From the IMG/VR virus record IMGVR_UViG_3300050821_019438: 57,925 nucleotides of DNA. One strand, 5' to 3'. Below, piece by piece: positions 35,687 through 44,273 of this stretch. How positions within the stretch are numbered: the stretch's first letter is position 1; each line of letters starts with the position of its first letter. Source of the stretch: an uncultured virus (IMG/VR IMGVR_UViG_3300050821_019438). Taxonomy: Duplodnaviria > Heunggongvirae > Uroviricota > Caudoviricetes. Position numbers and translations under genes: made by a program. Below the pieces are notes generated by a model that worked only from the letters and a program-made list of their open reading frames with translations, was not told the origin of the DNA and ran no database searches.

Positions 35687-37264
35687 CTACAAATCCGCGA
35701 GTCGTGAGCTAGCGTTACTGGTCTCCTCCGGAGTCGACGCGGGACGTGCACGTCCCTTCGCCCATGCGCGCAAGCGATCGATCTTCTCGCCCGCGGTCTT
35801 TGAGAGCGGGACGACGTCGCGCGATGCGGCGACAAGATCCGCTGTGGTGATTGCGCGCTTCCCGTCGGCGAACGCCACCAGCATCGCGCTCGGGACCAGT
35901 GACGCGATTTCGGCGCCCACGAATCCCGCGCACGCGCGGGCGACTTCGGCCGCGTCGATCGTGCTCGCGTCGCGCCGGTACTGACCGAGCGCGGCCCTGA
36001 CGACCTCCACGCGTTCACGCTGTGTCGGAAGATCCAAAAACCAGACATCGTCAAAGCGTCCTTTTCGGAGCATTTCCGGGGGAAGCGCGGAAACATCGTT
36101 AGCCGTCGCAATCACGAAGACTTCGGATTTGCTTTCCTGGCGCCATGACAGAAATTGACCGAGGCGATCCGCCGAGACTCCCCCATCGGCGCCCGCGGGG
36201 CCGCTTGAGAACATTTTTTCGATTTCGTCGAGTAGGAGCACGCACCGGCCGACCGCGTCCACGGTCGCGAATAGGCGCCTGATACCTTTCTCAGAGTCGC
36301 CCACGAACTTCCCAGCGGTCGCGTTCAAGTCGCCGCGCAGTAGTGGGCAACCGAGCACAGCGGCAACGCATTTTGCGAAAAGCGTTTTACCGGTACCAGG
36401 GGGGCCGACTACCACGTAGCCCTTCGGCATAGGTAGGTCATACGCCCGCGCGTCTGGCGAGTAGCACAGCGCGAGAAGCGCCGTAGCAGGCTTGAGCAAA
36501 TCCCCGCCCCCCATGGCCCCCAAGCCGCGCGGGTCCACGTCGAGCCATTCGAGACCAGGCACGCCCGAAATCAGGCGGCGCTTCTCGCCCGCGACGATTG
36601 CCGGATCGATCGACTTGGTAGTTGCAAACGACTTGGCGAAGCAATTTTCGGCGCCCTTCAGAGTCAAGCCGCATGCCGCGCCGATTGCCGCGTCCCGCGC
36701 GCCGTTGCTCGGGGCCATGTCGGGCCGCGCCGAGACGATCGTGTCGAGCATGGCGCCGATTTCGGCGCGGTCCGGTAGAGGAAGCTCGACGAGCGTAACG
36801 CACCCGGTTAGCTCGGGGGCCACGTCGGCAGAGTACGAGAGCACGCACATAGCGCGAAATTCAGACTTCGGCGCGCTTTCCAGCTGGCGGGCGAGGTTTT
36901 TTAGTTGCCGCTGGACCTTGGGATCCGGCAACATCTTGTGAAAATCGAGGAGAACGTACAGCGCGCGATCCTTCGTGGCTGCGATGTAGTCGAGCGCGAC
37001 CGTGGGATCGGTGGCATCGGCCACAACGCGCCCAGACGCATTTGTGATGCCGCGGGCGAAATCCCACACGCGAAGCTCAAGTGTGGCGCCCGCGGCGGCA
37101 TCCTGGAGGAGGTCGAGCGCTCGCGACTCTTCTACGGTCGAAAGCCAAAGGGCTGTGTTGCGCGCTTTTAGAAGCGCCGTCACGTCGCCCGCGACGATCG
37201 CGCCTTTTGTCTTACTCGCGAGCGCGGGAATATCCGCCGCACGCGTGGTCCCTTGCGTGTTCAT
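35687..37264 (-). CDS. Ycf46-like AAA+ ATPase
   Basis: N-domain EESR...LLDFH; GPPGTGKT (Walker A), LLDEIEK (Walker B), ATAN..LPPEMLRKGRFD. Confidence 0.88.
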   Translation of the reverse strand: MNTQGTTRAADIPALASKTKGAIVAGDVTALLKARNTALWLSTVEESRALDLLQDAAAGATLELRVWDFARGITNASGRVVADATDPTVALDYIAATKDRALYVLLDFHKMLPDPKVQRQLKNLARQLESAPKSEFRAMCVLSYSADVAPELTGCVTLVELPLPDRAEIGAMLDTIVSARPDMAPSNGARDAAIGAACGLTLKGAENCFAKSFATTKSIDPAIVAGEKRRLISGVPGLEWLDVDPRGLGAMGGGDLLKPATALLALCYSPDARAYDLPMPKGYVVVGPPGTGKTLFAKCVAAVLGCPLLRGDLNATAGKFVGDSEKGIRRLFATVDAVGRCVLLLDEIEKMFSSGPAGADGGVSADRLGQFLSWRQESKSEVFVIATANDVSALPPEMLRKGRFDDVWFLDLPTQRERVEVVRAALGQYRRDASTIDAAEVARACAGFVGAEIASLVPSAMLVAFADGKRAITTADLVAASRDVVPLSKTAGEKIDRLRAWAKGRARPASTPEETSNASSRLADL

Positions 37265-37419
37265 TGGTTCGTGGTCCCTTCCGCGGGCGAAGCTCGCCCG
37301 CGCTCATCCTGGTGTCTCGCGCACGATCCGTCAAGGTGCGCGACCCGTCTCCTACCCCGTCCCTTTCGGCCTCCGTTCCCCACCCCGCGCTACCGCTTTG
37401 GTAGACGAGTCTCGCGCGC

Positions 37420-38003
37420 GATACATTCAATTTTCACGCGGGAAAGATTTGGGCCAAATTCAAGCTCGCGCCGGCCGGCGGGCGAGTGCCATATGTGCCA
37501 CTACATGACTTGTGGGTGGATCGTGCGTGACACGACTTGTCCACAAATGACCATACGATATCCACATTGTGACGTAGTGTCGTGACCCTACGTCTACCAG
37601 GCGCGACCCTTCGGCCGCACCATTGGCGGGGCCTTCCGCGGGGCCCACGGCGGGGCCACAAGGGGCCTTCGGACGCGTGGATCGTGGGCCCCTGGTACCG
37701 TGGCGCCCCGCCGGTCGTGCGGTCGACTTGTGGCCAGCTGGCGCCAGCTGGCGCGCTCGCGGTCGACTTGTGGATTGCGCCTACGGTAGACGGCCGATTT
37801 GTGGTCATACGTGGCCCTATGTGGAGGCAAGGCCGCGACTTGTGGCGCCTTTATGGTGCGCCCTCCGGGCCGCCGTCGGGCCGCACCGGGCCGGTGTGGC
37901 TCGGGGCTCGGGTGCGGTCCGCCGGCCGCGATAGCTCGGCGGATAGCTCGTGGAGCTATTCGAGCTATTTACGAAGCTATTCGATAGCTTGTGGAGCTGT
38001 TCG
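37420..38003. other. Non-coding region with iteron-like repeats and DnaA-box-like motifs (candidate replication origin)
   Basis: GACTTGTGG-like motifs several times, TTGTCCACA 37537-37545, ATATCCACA 37558-37566, clustered ATAGCT/AGCTAT at 37930-38003. Confidence 0.5.
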
Positions 38004-38055
38004 CCGGGCTGTTCTGGAGTGCGTCAGGTTCGCGACCGGCACGCGGGCCCTCTTC

Positions 38056-38370
38056 TTACGCAGGTCGAGCGCGATGCAACGCGAGTTCCGCGGTCACGTG
38101 GACGTCGCAGAGGTGACCGTGACCCTTCGCGCCCGGGTAGGGGAGCGAATTCGGGCACGGCGTGCCGTCTTCGACCCACGCGCAGCCCCTCGAAAACGCC
38201 TCGCGCGGCGCCTGTACGGCCTTCAGAACAGCCGATCGCCGCTCGGGGGACCTCCCGGCGCGGAGCTTCTGCCGGTCCTCGGTGGAGAGCTTCTGGTAGC
38301 AGGCGCCGCAGTTCTCCGGGTTCGAACAGCCGGGGCACGGTGGGACGCGGACGGGATAGCTGGATTTCAT
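38056..38370 (-). CDS. Cys-rich hypothetical protein
   Basis: CPGC...CGAC...C...C...LCDVH. Confidence 0.55.
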   Translation of the reverse strand: MKSSYPVRVPPCPGCSNPENCGACYQKLSTEDRQKLRAGRSPERRSAVLKAVQAPREAFSRGCAWVEDGTPCPNSLPYPGAKGHGHLCDVHVTAELALHRARPA

Positions 38371-38651
38371 GGCTTTTTCGCCTCCTTCGGCCACGTGCAC
38401 GGCACCGAAAAGCTGGGCATCATGTACCTGGATAGGTCGAACGGCGCCGGGTTCAGAGCTTCGGCCGCTGCGGCGACCTCGGCCACGCGCTTTCGGATGC
38501 GCTGAAGCTCCAGATCGCGGTCTTCGAGCTCCAAAACGAACCCCTCGATCGCGTTCGCCACGACCTCCGGCGGTACGGGTGCTCCGGCGCGCAGTCGTGC
38601 GATGACCTCGCGAGCGATGGGATCCTGCACTTCGCGCTTTTTATCAGTCAT
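38367..38651 (-). CDS. Hypothetical protein coupled to the recombinase
   Basis: ATGA overlap with the recombinase stop. Confidence 0.6.
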   Translation of the reverse strand: MTDKKREVQDPIAREVIARLRAGAPVPPEVVANAIEGFVLELEDRDLELQRIRKRVAEVAAAAEALNPAPFDLSRYMMPSFSVPCTWPKEAKKP

Positions 38652-39676
38652 TTCGGTCCGATCCCCTTCGTCGCCTCGTTGTCGAACAGCCGCGCCGGAC
38701 GAATGTAGCCCATGAGCGTCTCTACGGTGGCGTGCCCGGAGACCCCCTGGATGCTGTGCACCGGCTTTCCGGCCTCTGCGGCGGCCGTGATGCCTCCTGC
38801 GCGCATCGAATGGGCTCCGTACAAGTCCGCGTCGAGCCCGACGGCCGCGCAGCGAGCTTTGACGATCGACCAGATAGCCATTCCGGACAGCCCGCGGTCC
38901 CCAACGACCGTCCCGCGCGCCGGGATAGCTCGGAAAACGAGGCCCTTTGGTTCGTCGCCGATGCCGGCGCGCTCAATCCATGCTCGCGTCGTACTCACGG
39001 CGCAGTAGCGCACGGACTCGTTGAAATAGATGGGCTTTTCGAAGCCTTTGCCGGCCTGGTCTTGCTTGGACGAGCGGATTTTCACACGGAGCCCGTCGGG
39101 TACGAACACGAGATCGCGCACTTCGAGGTCGGCAAGCTCGCTCCGGCGCATCATCGCGAACCACCCGAGCAGAAGGATCGCTCGATCGCGTAGTCCGCGG
39201 AGGTCTTCGCCGCACGGCTCGACGATGCGCGCCAGCTCTGACGTGGAAATAGCTCGTTTTTTCGTGGGGGCCTCTTTTCGGAGGCGTTCGATTCCGTCGA
39301 GCGTCTTCGCGATGACCTCGGGGGGCACTTTCTCGCGCGCCCACGGGTGCATAGCTCGCAGCACGTACTTCACACCGAACCACGCGCGCTCGATTGAGGA
39401 AAAACGACGTGGTTCTCCGATGTGCGGGCCCCTGGTGACCTTCTGGAGCTCCAGATGGGTCAGGAACGCCGCGACGTCGCCGGGAGTGACCTCTGCAACA
39501 GCCCTCGAGCGCGCAGAAAGCCAGCTCTCGAAGGCTTTCCAGTCCTGCTTGTAGGCCGCGAAGGTGTTCGGCGCGTGCTCGGCGGAGAGGATCTCGACGA
39601 ACCGGGCTCGAAGTAGCTCGTCTTGGATCGCGAGCGCGGTGGAATCGAGGGGGGCGAGTAGAGCGGTTCGGGGCAC
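38648..39676 (-). CDS. Tyrosine recombinase (Cre/resolvase-like)
   Basis: SAM-like N-domain (NTFAAYKQDW); LRDRAILLLG..MRRSEL, SKQDQ, HSMRAG, SGH, GYIR. Confidence 0.93.
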   Translation of the reverse strand: MPRTALLAPLDSTALAIQDELLRARFVEILSAEHAPNTFAAYKQDWKAFESWLSARSRAVAEVTPGDVAAFLTHLELQKVTRGPHIGEPRRFSSIERAWFGVKYVLRAMHPWAREKVPPEVIAKTLDGIERLRKEAPTKKRAISTSELARIVEPCGEDLRGLRDRAILLLGWFAMMRRSELADLEVRDLVFVPDGLRVKIRSSKQDQAGKGFEKPIYFNESVRYCAVSTTRAWIERAGIGDEPKGLVFRAIPARGTVVGDRGLSGMAIWSIVKARCAAVGLDADLYGAHSMRAGGITAAAEAGKPVHSIQGVSGHATVETLMGYIRPARLFDNEATKGIGPK

Positions 39677-39683
39677 GCTGCAA

Positions 39684-39711
39684 GCGTATCATAATCCAGT
39701 TTATGATTGGT
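39684..39711. other. dif/lox-like recombination site (11-6-11)
   Basis: GCGTATCATAA-TCCAGT-TTATGATTGGT with 7-bp inverted arms, 7 bp upstream of the recombinase start. Confidence 0.75.
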
Positions 39712-39865
39712 AGCGCGCCGGCAAGGCCCCTCGTCGGCCGCTCTCCCCCGAGGTCTCCCTCGGCGCGGATCTGTGCGAACAGGCCCCCTCGGCGCTCCTC
39801 CCATCGAACAGCTCCGTTCGCACGCACGAGACGCGAAGAAGCACGAGAGGGCGTAGAATGGGCGC

Positions 39866-39952
39866 GTGAACGTCGAGCAGACCGAGAGCCGGTACCCGCG
39901 AGCCGGAAAATACGTCGACGGGCTTCTCGTGCGCGACCACGTGCCGAACCTC
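39866..39952 (+). pseudogene. Probable separated 5' part of the ParB-like NP-TM gene
   Basis: MNVEQTESRYPRAGKYVDGLLVRDHVPNL then loses protein-like character. Confidence 0.35.
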
Positions 39953-40123
39953 CTCAGACTGACATCACGCGGCCCCGGCAGCGATGACCAAGCTCCTCTA
40001 CGGACTGCGCTACCTCAGGCGCCGACTGATCCTTGCCTTCCTCCCTGATTCGCTCCTGAGGCGACTCCAATGCCCCAAGCCCTGGGAGGAGTGTCGGGGC
40101 GTCCACTGCCTATGGCATGAACC

Positions 40124-40336
40124 ATGACTACCCGACACTGGACCCTCCTAGCCCAAGAAGCTCTCGAAGAGTTCAAGCGCGGCGCCATCACCGAACGCCA
40201 GCTCCTCATGGTCCTCGACGTCACCCTCCCCACGTGCTCAGCCAAAAGCGGCAAGCACAAGTGCATGCTCCGGCCCGAACATACCGGGTCCTCCCACCGC
40301 TACTGGGATTCCACCACGTCCCTGGCCTGGCGCTGA
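40124..40336 (+). CDS. Hypothetical protein (within putative insert)
   Basis: C...C.L...H.G..H motif. Confidence 0.6.
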   Translation: MTTRHWTLLAQEALEEFKRGAITERQLLMVLDVTLPTCSAKSGKHKCMLRPEHTGSSHRYWDSTTSLAWR

Positions 40337-40377
40337 AAAGCTACTGCGCGCTGAGACCCTGAGGTAGAATCAACTCC

Positions 40378-40830
40378 ATGAACCGCCGTACCCTCATCAA
40401 GGCTCTCGCCGTTACCCCGCTCGCCTGGCTCTTCCCGAGCCTTCGAGCTGCGGCCAAGCCGTCCTCCATGGAGCTGCCTCCCAGCATACGTTCCGGCCAG
40501 ACGTTTCAGCGTGGGCAATCGCTCGAACGGGGCGACCTCGCGATCCTTCTCAAGGACAAGCAGGGCACCCCGACCAACGCCCATGAGGTTTCCTACGCCC
40601 TTTACGACGTCACGACGGGCCAAGCGGTGCTCCTCGGGTCCGTGGTACGCAAGCCCTACAACCCAGCCGACGGGGAATACTACGCAAGGATGATCGTACC
40701 GCTCGATGCCAACCTCGGGACCTATCACATCTTCTGGTCATTCTCCGAGAAACCGGGATACACGGTCGGGCAGACAATCGTTCAGGAGTTCACGGTCGTA
40801 TCGAGGCTGGCGGCCGTAAGCGAGCCATGA
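40378..40830 (+). CDS. Beta-rich protein with Tat-like leader (within putative insert)
   Basis: MNRRTLIKALAV; GAGG RBS. Confidence 0.7.
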   Translation: MNRRTLIKALAVTPLAWLFPSLRAAAKPSSMELPPSIRSGQTFQRGQSLERGDLAILLKDKQGTPTNAHEVSYALYDVTTGQAVLLGSVVRKPYNPADGEYYARMIVPLDANLGTYHIFWSFSEKPGYTVGQTIVQEFTVVSRLAAVSEP

Positions 40831-41231
40831 CCCTCGACGGGGCGTTGGAGAAGCTCCGAGCGGTAGGTTTGGCTGTCCAGAAGTACCCCAACCTCACGGA
40901 CCTGTGTGTCGGGGCCAAGACCCCGACGGGGTTCTACCTCCACGGGGGGATCGGCCATTCGGCGCCTGACGGCATTCTGGAGTGGACGGACCCCTCGTTC
41001 ATGATCGAGCCGGAGGGCGAGAGGTTTCGGGCGGCCACGACGCTCATGGCTCTGCGCATGGCGCATGCCCTTGATGAAGAACGTGGGGACCTTCCGGCGA
41101 GTTCGAGGAGTCCGAAACGCTCCGGGGCGTTCGAGCGGTACCGATGGCCGACTTCGGTGGTCCGCGTTCGGTGTTCTACGCCACCGACGACTTCGAGCGC
41201 AGCGAACGCCTCGCGCGCACCATCGCAGTGA
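40827..41231 (+). CDS. Hypothetical protein, probably 3'-truncated near 41090
   Basis: ATGA overlap; the tail runs out of frame over the next gene. Confidence 0.45.
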   Translation: MTLDGALEKLRAVGLAVQKYPNLTDLCVGAKTPTGFYLHGGIGHSAPDGILEWTDPSFMIEPEGERFRAATTLMALRMAHALDEERGDLPASSRSPKRSGAFERYRWPTSVVRVRCSTPPTTSSAANASRAPSQ

Positions 41232-41605
41232 CCGAGGAGATCAACCCGCTCATCGTCGGTGTCGACGCCGAGGGGCCGTTCATCATCGAGGGCGCGCACC
41301 GCTTCGTCGCGCTTTGCTACTTGAAGAAGAAGGAATTCCCGGCGATCGTGGTAGTAGAGGAACCTGTGAGCCGTCGAAACCCAGCGCGCAGGTCCCCCGA
41401 GCTCTTCGACTACTCGAGCCGCGTCGCCGTCGGTGGAAGCCAGCTCTCCCCCTGGGAAGCCACTGCGGCCGTCGCCGGGGTCACCGTCGTGCTGGCCGTG
41501 CTCGCGTACTGGTCGATCAAATCGAGCGTCGCAGCGGTCGCTCCAGTGCCGGCGCCGGGACCCGTGCAGCCCGTGCCGGTGCCCCCGAACAGCCCAGGGT
41601 ACTGA
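41093..41605 (+). CDS. ParB/Srx-like domain plus NP-TM (possibly 5'-truncated; ATG at 41144)
   Basis: INPLIVG...IIEGAHRFVAL...FPAIVV; then SRRNP...LSPWE-TM; frame stays open upstream of the ATG (SGEFEESETLRGVRAVP). Confidence 0.65.
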   Translation, partial: SGEFEESETLRGVRAVPMADFGGPRSVFYATDDFERSERLARTIAVTEEINPLIVGVDAEGPFIIEGAHRFVALCYLKKKEFPAIVVVEEPVSRRNPARRSPELFDYSSRVAVGGSQLSPWEATAAVAGVTVVLAVLAYWSIKSSVAAVAPVPAPGPVQPVPVPPNSPGY

Positions 41606-42108
41606 TGCCCTTCACCCCCGAGCAGCGCCGCAGGATCATCGAAGGGCCCGGCCCGGAGATCTTCATCGGTCGGTGCTCGGCGTGCCGGCGCACCGTGCGC
41701 GACGAAGCGCGTCTCGATCCGACGTACGGCAGGTACCGCATTTTCGGCGGCATGATTCCTAGGAAAGGCGATAGGGACGAAAACGAGTTTTGGTTCGATT
41801 GCACGTTCGTGCCAGGCGGCCCGCCCGACTGCCCTGGGAAAATCATCTTCAAGAGGATTCGGTTCAAGAGCACCGCAACTCCGACGAAGTGTGGAGGCGC
41901 GTGTCGAGCGGCGCGCGGACCGAACTGCGACTGCGAGTGCGGTGGAGCGCACCACGGCGAGGTCTATAGCCAGAGCAATCCCCTCTTCGGCGAGCTCTCT
42001 CCGCTCGAAACCGTCGGCGTCATCGTGTTCGGTGGAGGCGTGCTCATCGGGCTCACGCTGCTGCTCGTGAAAGCTGCGACGCCGGCAGTGTCTACGTCCG
42101 GAGGGTGA
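41605..42108 (+). CDS. Cys-rich domain plus NP-TM protein
   Basis: CGGACRAARGPNCDCECGGAHHG; SNPLFGELSPLE-TM. Confidence 0.7.
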   Translation: MPFTPEQRRRIIEGPGPEIFIGRCSACRRTVRDEARLDPTYGRYRIFGGMIPRKGDRDENEFWFDCTFVPGGPPDCPGKIIFKRIRFKSTATPTKCGGACRAARGPNCDCECGGAHHGEVYSQSNPLFGELSPLETVGVIVFGGGVLIGLTLLLVKAATPAVSTSGG

Positions 42109-42345
42109 CTCGCGCCCCCGAGGGGTGTACGTTGAGGGTCATGCGTAGCCAACACCGTCACCGGTCGCAGGAAATCACCTTCCGCGGCAAGGTCGCCGAC
42201 ACGATCCAGAAGTTCTCCGGCGGCACTGGAAACCAGACGCCGCTGAACGCCCGCGCGATCACGTCGGCGTTCTTCGCGCTCGGCTCGCCGCGACCTTTGT
42301 ACGCGCGCTTCCTCGAGAAGCCGTCCACCGGCGGGGGAGGCTGAC

Positions 42346-42573
42346 ATGCACAAGCACGGCAAACACAAGCAAGCGACCGCAGCCTACGCCGCCTTGGCGA
42401 AGGCAGAGGACGTGCTCCAGCGCACGTACGGCAACACCGGCGCTCCGGCGGTCGCTCGGGCCCAGCGGGCGATGGGAGCGACGATCGTGCTCAGCTCGAC
42501 GGTGGGGGCAGCGCCGCTACCTCCCGGCGTGGACGACCTCTTCCTGGGGTCACCGTTCGCCGCAGGTAGTTGA
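42346..42573 (+). CDS. Hypothetical protein
   Basis: GGAGG RBS. Confidence 0.5.
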   Translation: MHKHGKHKQATAAYAALAKAEDVLQRTYGNTGAPAVARAQRAMGATIVLSSTVGAAPLPPGVDDLFLGSPFAAGS

Positions 42574-42938
42574 TGTCCGTCGACCGCGCGAAGCTTCGGG
42601 GGTGGGCTCAAGTCCTCGCGCAGGTCGCGGCCGTCCTGCTCGCTCTCGCCGCACTTGTGACGGCGCTCAAAGGCAATGCCACCACGAAGGCCGCCTACGA
42701 GGAGCACGACCGATCGATCGTACAGAATCAGCAGGCTGTCTCGACGACGCACGAACAGCTCGAAGCGCTCCAGCACTACGTCGACGAGCACCAGAACGCG
42801 CATCAGGCCATCATCGTCGAGCTCCCTGAGGCGGGGACAGGTCGCGCGGCGATCCTTGCGGTCGACGTCGACGGCGGGCCCCCGAAGGTCGCGCCGCTGC
42901 CGCCCCCGGCGATGTCCAGGCCGTTCAACGCCCTCTGA
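42573..42938 (+). CDS. TM plus coiled-coil protein
   Basis: N-terminal TM, heptad region, Pro-rich tail. Confidence 0.6.
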   Translation: MSVDRAKLRGWAQVLAQVAAVLLALAALVTALKGNATTKAAYEEHDRSIVQNQQAVSTTHEQLEALQHYVDEHQNAHQAIIVELPEAGTGRAAILAVDVDGGPPKVAPLPPPAMSRPFNAL

Positions 42939-42943
42939 CGCGA

Positions 42944-43276
42944 CTAGAAGCCCGCGCGGTAGCGGTGCAGCAGAAACATCGCGAACGCGGTGACCCCGAG
43001 CCCGACGGCCGCGCCGATCATGTAGAACGCGAAGTCCATGGTCGAGTTCGCGAGCGAATCGCTCTCCGGGGGTCGGCGGTCGAGCACAAACTCTTTGACG
43101 GCCGCCGCGACGATGCCCACGCCGAGCGTGATGAGGATGGGGAGCCACCCGGCTCCGCACACGATCGAGAACAACGTCGCGAGCACGATGACGATCGCGC
43201 CGCCTAGGAAGTGCCCGACTTGGGCGAGGTACTGCTCGTTTTCTTCCCAGTTACTTGGCAATTTGAAACCACTCAT
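42944..43276 (-). CDS. Three-TM membrane protein (H...KE..D...D motif), paralog B
   Basis: WEENEQYLAQVGHFLGG...KEFVLD...MDFAFY. Confidence 0.75.
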   Translation of the reverse strand: MSGFKLPSNWEENEQYLAQVGHFLGGAIVIVLATLFSIVCGAGWLPILITLGVGIVAAAVKEFVLDRRPPESDSLANSTMDFAFYMIGAAVGLGVTAFAMFLLHRYRAGF

Positions 43277-43905
43277 TGGGTAATTCTCTTGAGCCAGCGC
43301 ATCGGGTCGGGCTCGCTGAAAGCGTCGTTCGGGTCCCATTGCTGACCGCACGCGGGACAGACGAGAGTCGGGTCATTCCCGCTACCGCGGACCACGTCTG
43401 TCGAGCCGCAGTCCGGGCATCCCGCGTACACGTGACCGTTGTTGTTGTTACGGGCCATCTTGATGGCGCGAACCTGCGCTTCGGTCAGCTTCGGTAATTC
43501 ACCGATAGGATTCTCTCTCGATCCGCCTCCCGCATACGACATCGCAAGCGCCGCGAGACCGAGTCCGACCGCGCCGCCCAGCATGTAGAACGAAAAGTCC
43601 ATCAAGCTATCGGGCATCGTGTCGTTCTCGGGCTTACGCAAGTCGAGGACGAATTCCTTGAACGCCGCCACGGTGGTTCCGGCCCCGAACGTAATGAGGA
43701 TAGGGTTCCATCCGGCGTCGAGCGCGATAGAGAACATAGCCGCGGTCAAAATGATGGACGCGCCGCCGAGGAAGTGCCCCGCTTGGCTGAGGTACTGCGG
43801 GTTTTCCTCCCACGATACGACGCTCTGCTGCACTTGAGCGATAGCTGTGGCCGGATCGCTCGACAGCGGCGGCAGGGTGGGCAGGCCCGGGCTGGTCGTG
43901 TTCAT
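43273..43905 (-). CDS. Three-TM membrane protein paralog A with NP-linked Zn ribbon
   Basis: WEENPQYLSQAGHFLGG...KEFVLD...MDFSFY; SRENP; CPDC...CPAC. Confidence 0.75.
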   Translation of the reverse strand: MNTTSPGLPTLPPLSSDPATAIAQVQQSVVSWEENPQYLSQAGHFLGGASIILTAAMFSIALDAGWNPILITFGAGTTVAAFKEFVLDLRKPENDTMPDSLMDFSFYMLGGAVGLGLAALAMSYAGGGSRENPIGELPKLTEAQVRAIKMARNNNNGHVYAGCPDCGSTDVVRGSGNDPTLVCPACGQQWDPNDAFSEPDPMRWLKRITQ

Positions 43906-44273
43906 GAGTCACTCCCTAGTAGCAAGAGCCCCCCGACGAGCCCCAGACCGAAGCCGGCTATCCCGCACACGAGTGTCGTGGCGAGCGGGACGTCGAGGAT
44001 CGCATGCTCGAGGGCGTGGTCCGCGGGATTCGCTTCGTCGAGGTGATCGATCACGAACGAGCCGTTGCGGTAGATCATCAGGTGCATCGCGTCGTACTCG
44101 GTCGCTTCGCGGTACTGCGCGACGACGCCCGAGTAGAGCGGCCAGGCCCACGTCGCGCGTCGGAACGTCGTGCCACCGATCTGCACTTCGTGAGGGAAGA
44201 AGTTGAGCGGCCACGTCCCGGTGATGGCCGGGATGACGGGGATTTTTCCGAGTCCTTTCACGGAAGGGGTCAT
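43902..44273 (-). CDS. Small protein with C-terminal TM
   Basis: HLDEANP...H; Gly-rich TM. Confidence 0.65.
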   Translation of the reverse strand: MTPSVKGLGKIPVIPAITGTWPLNFFPHEVQIGGTTFRRATWAWPLYSGVVAQYREATEYDAMHLMIYRNGSFVIDHLDEANPADHALEHAILDVPLATTLVCGIAGFGLGLVGGLLLLGSDS

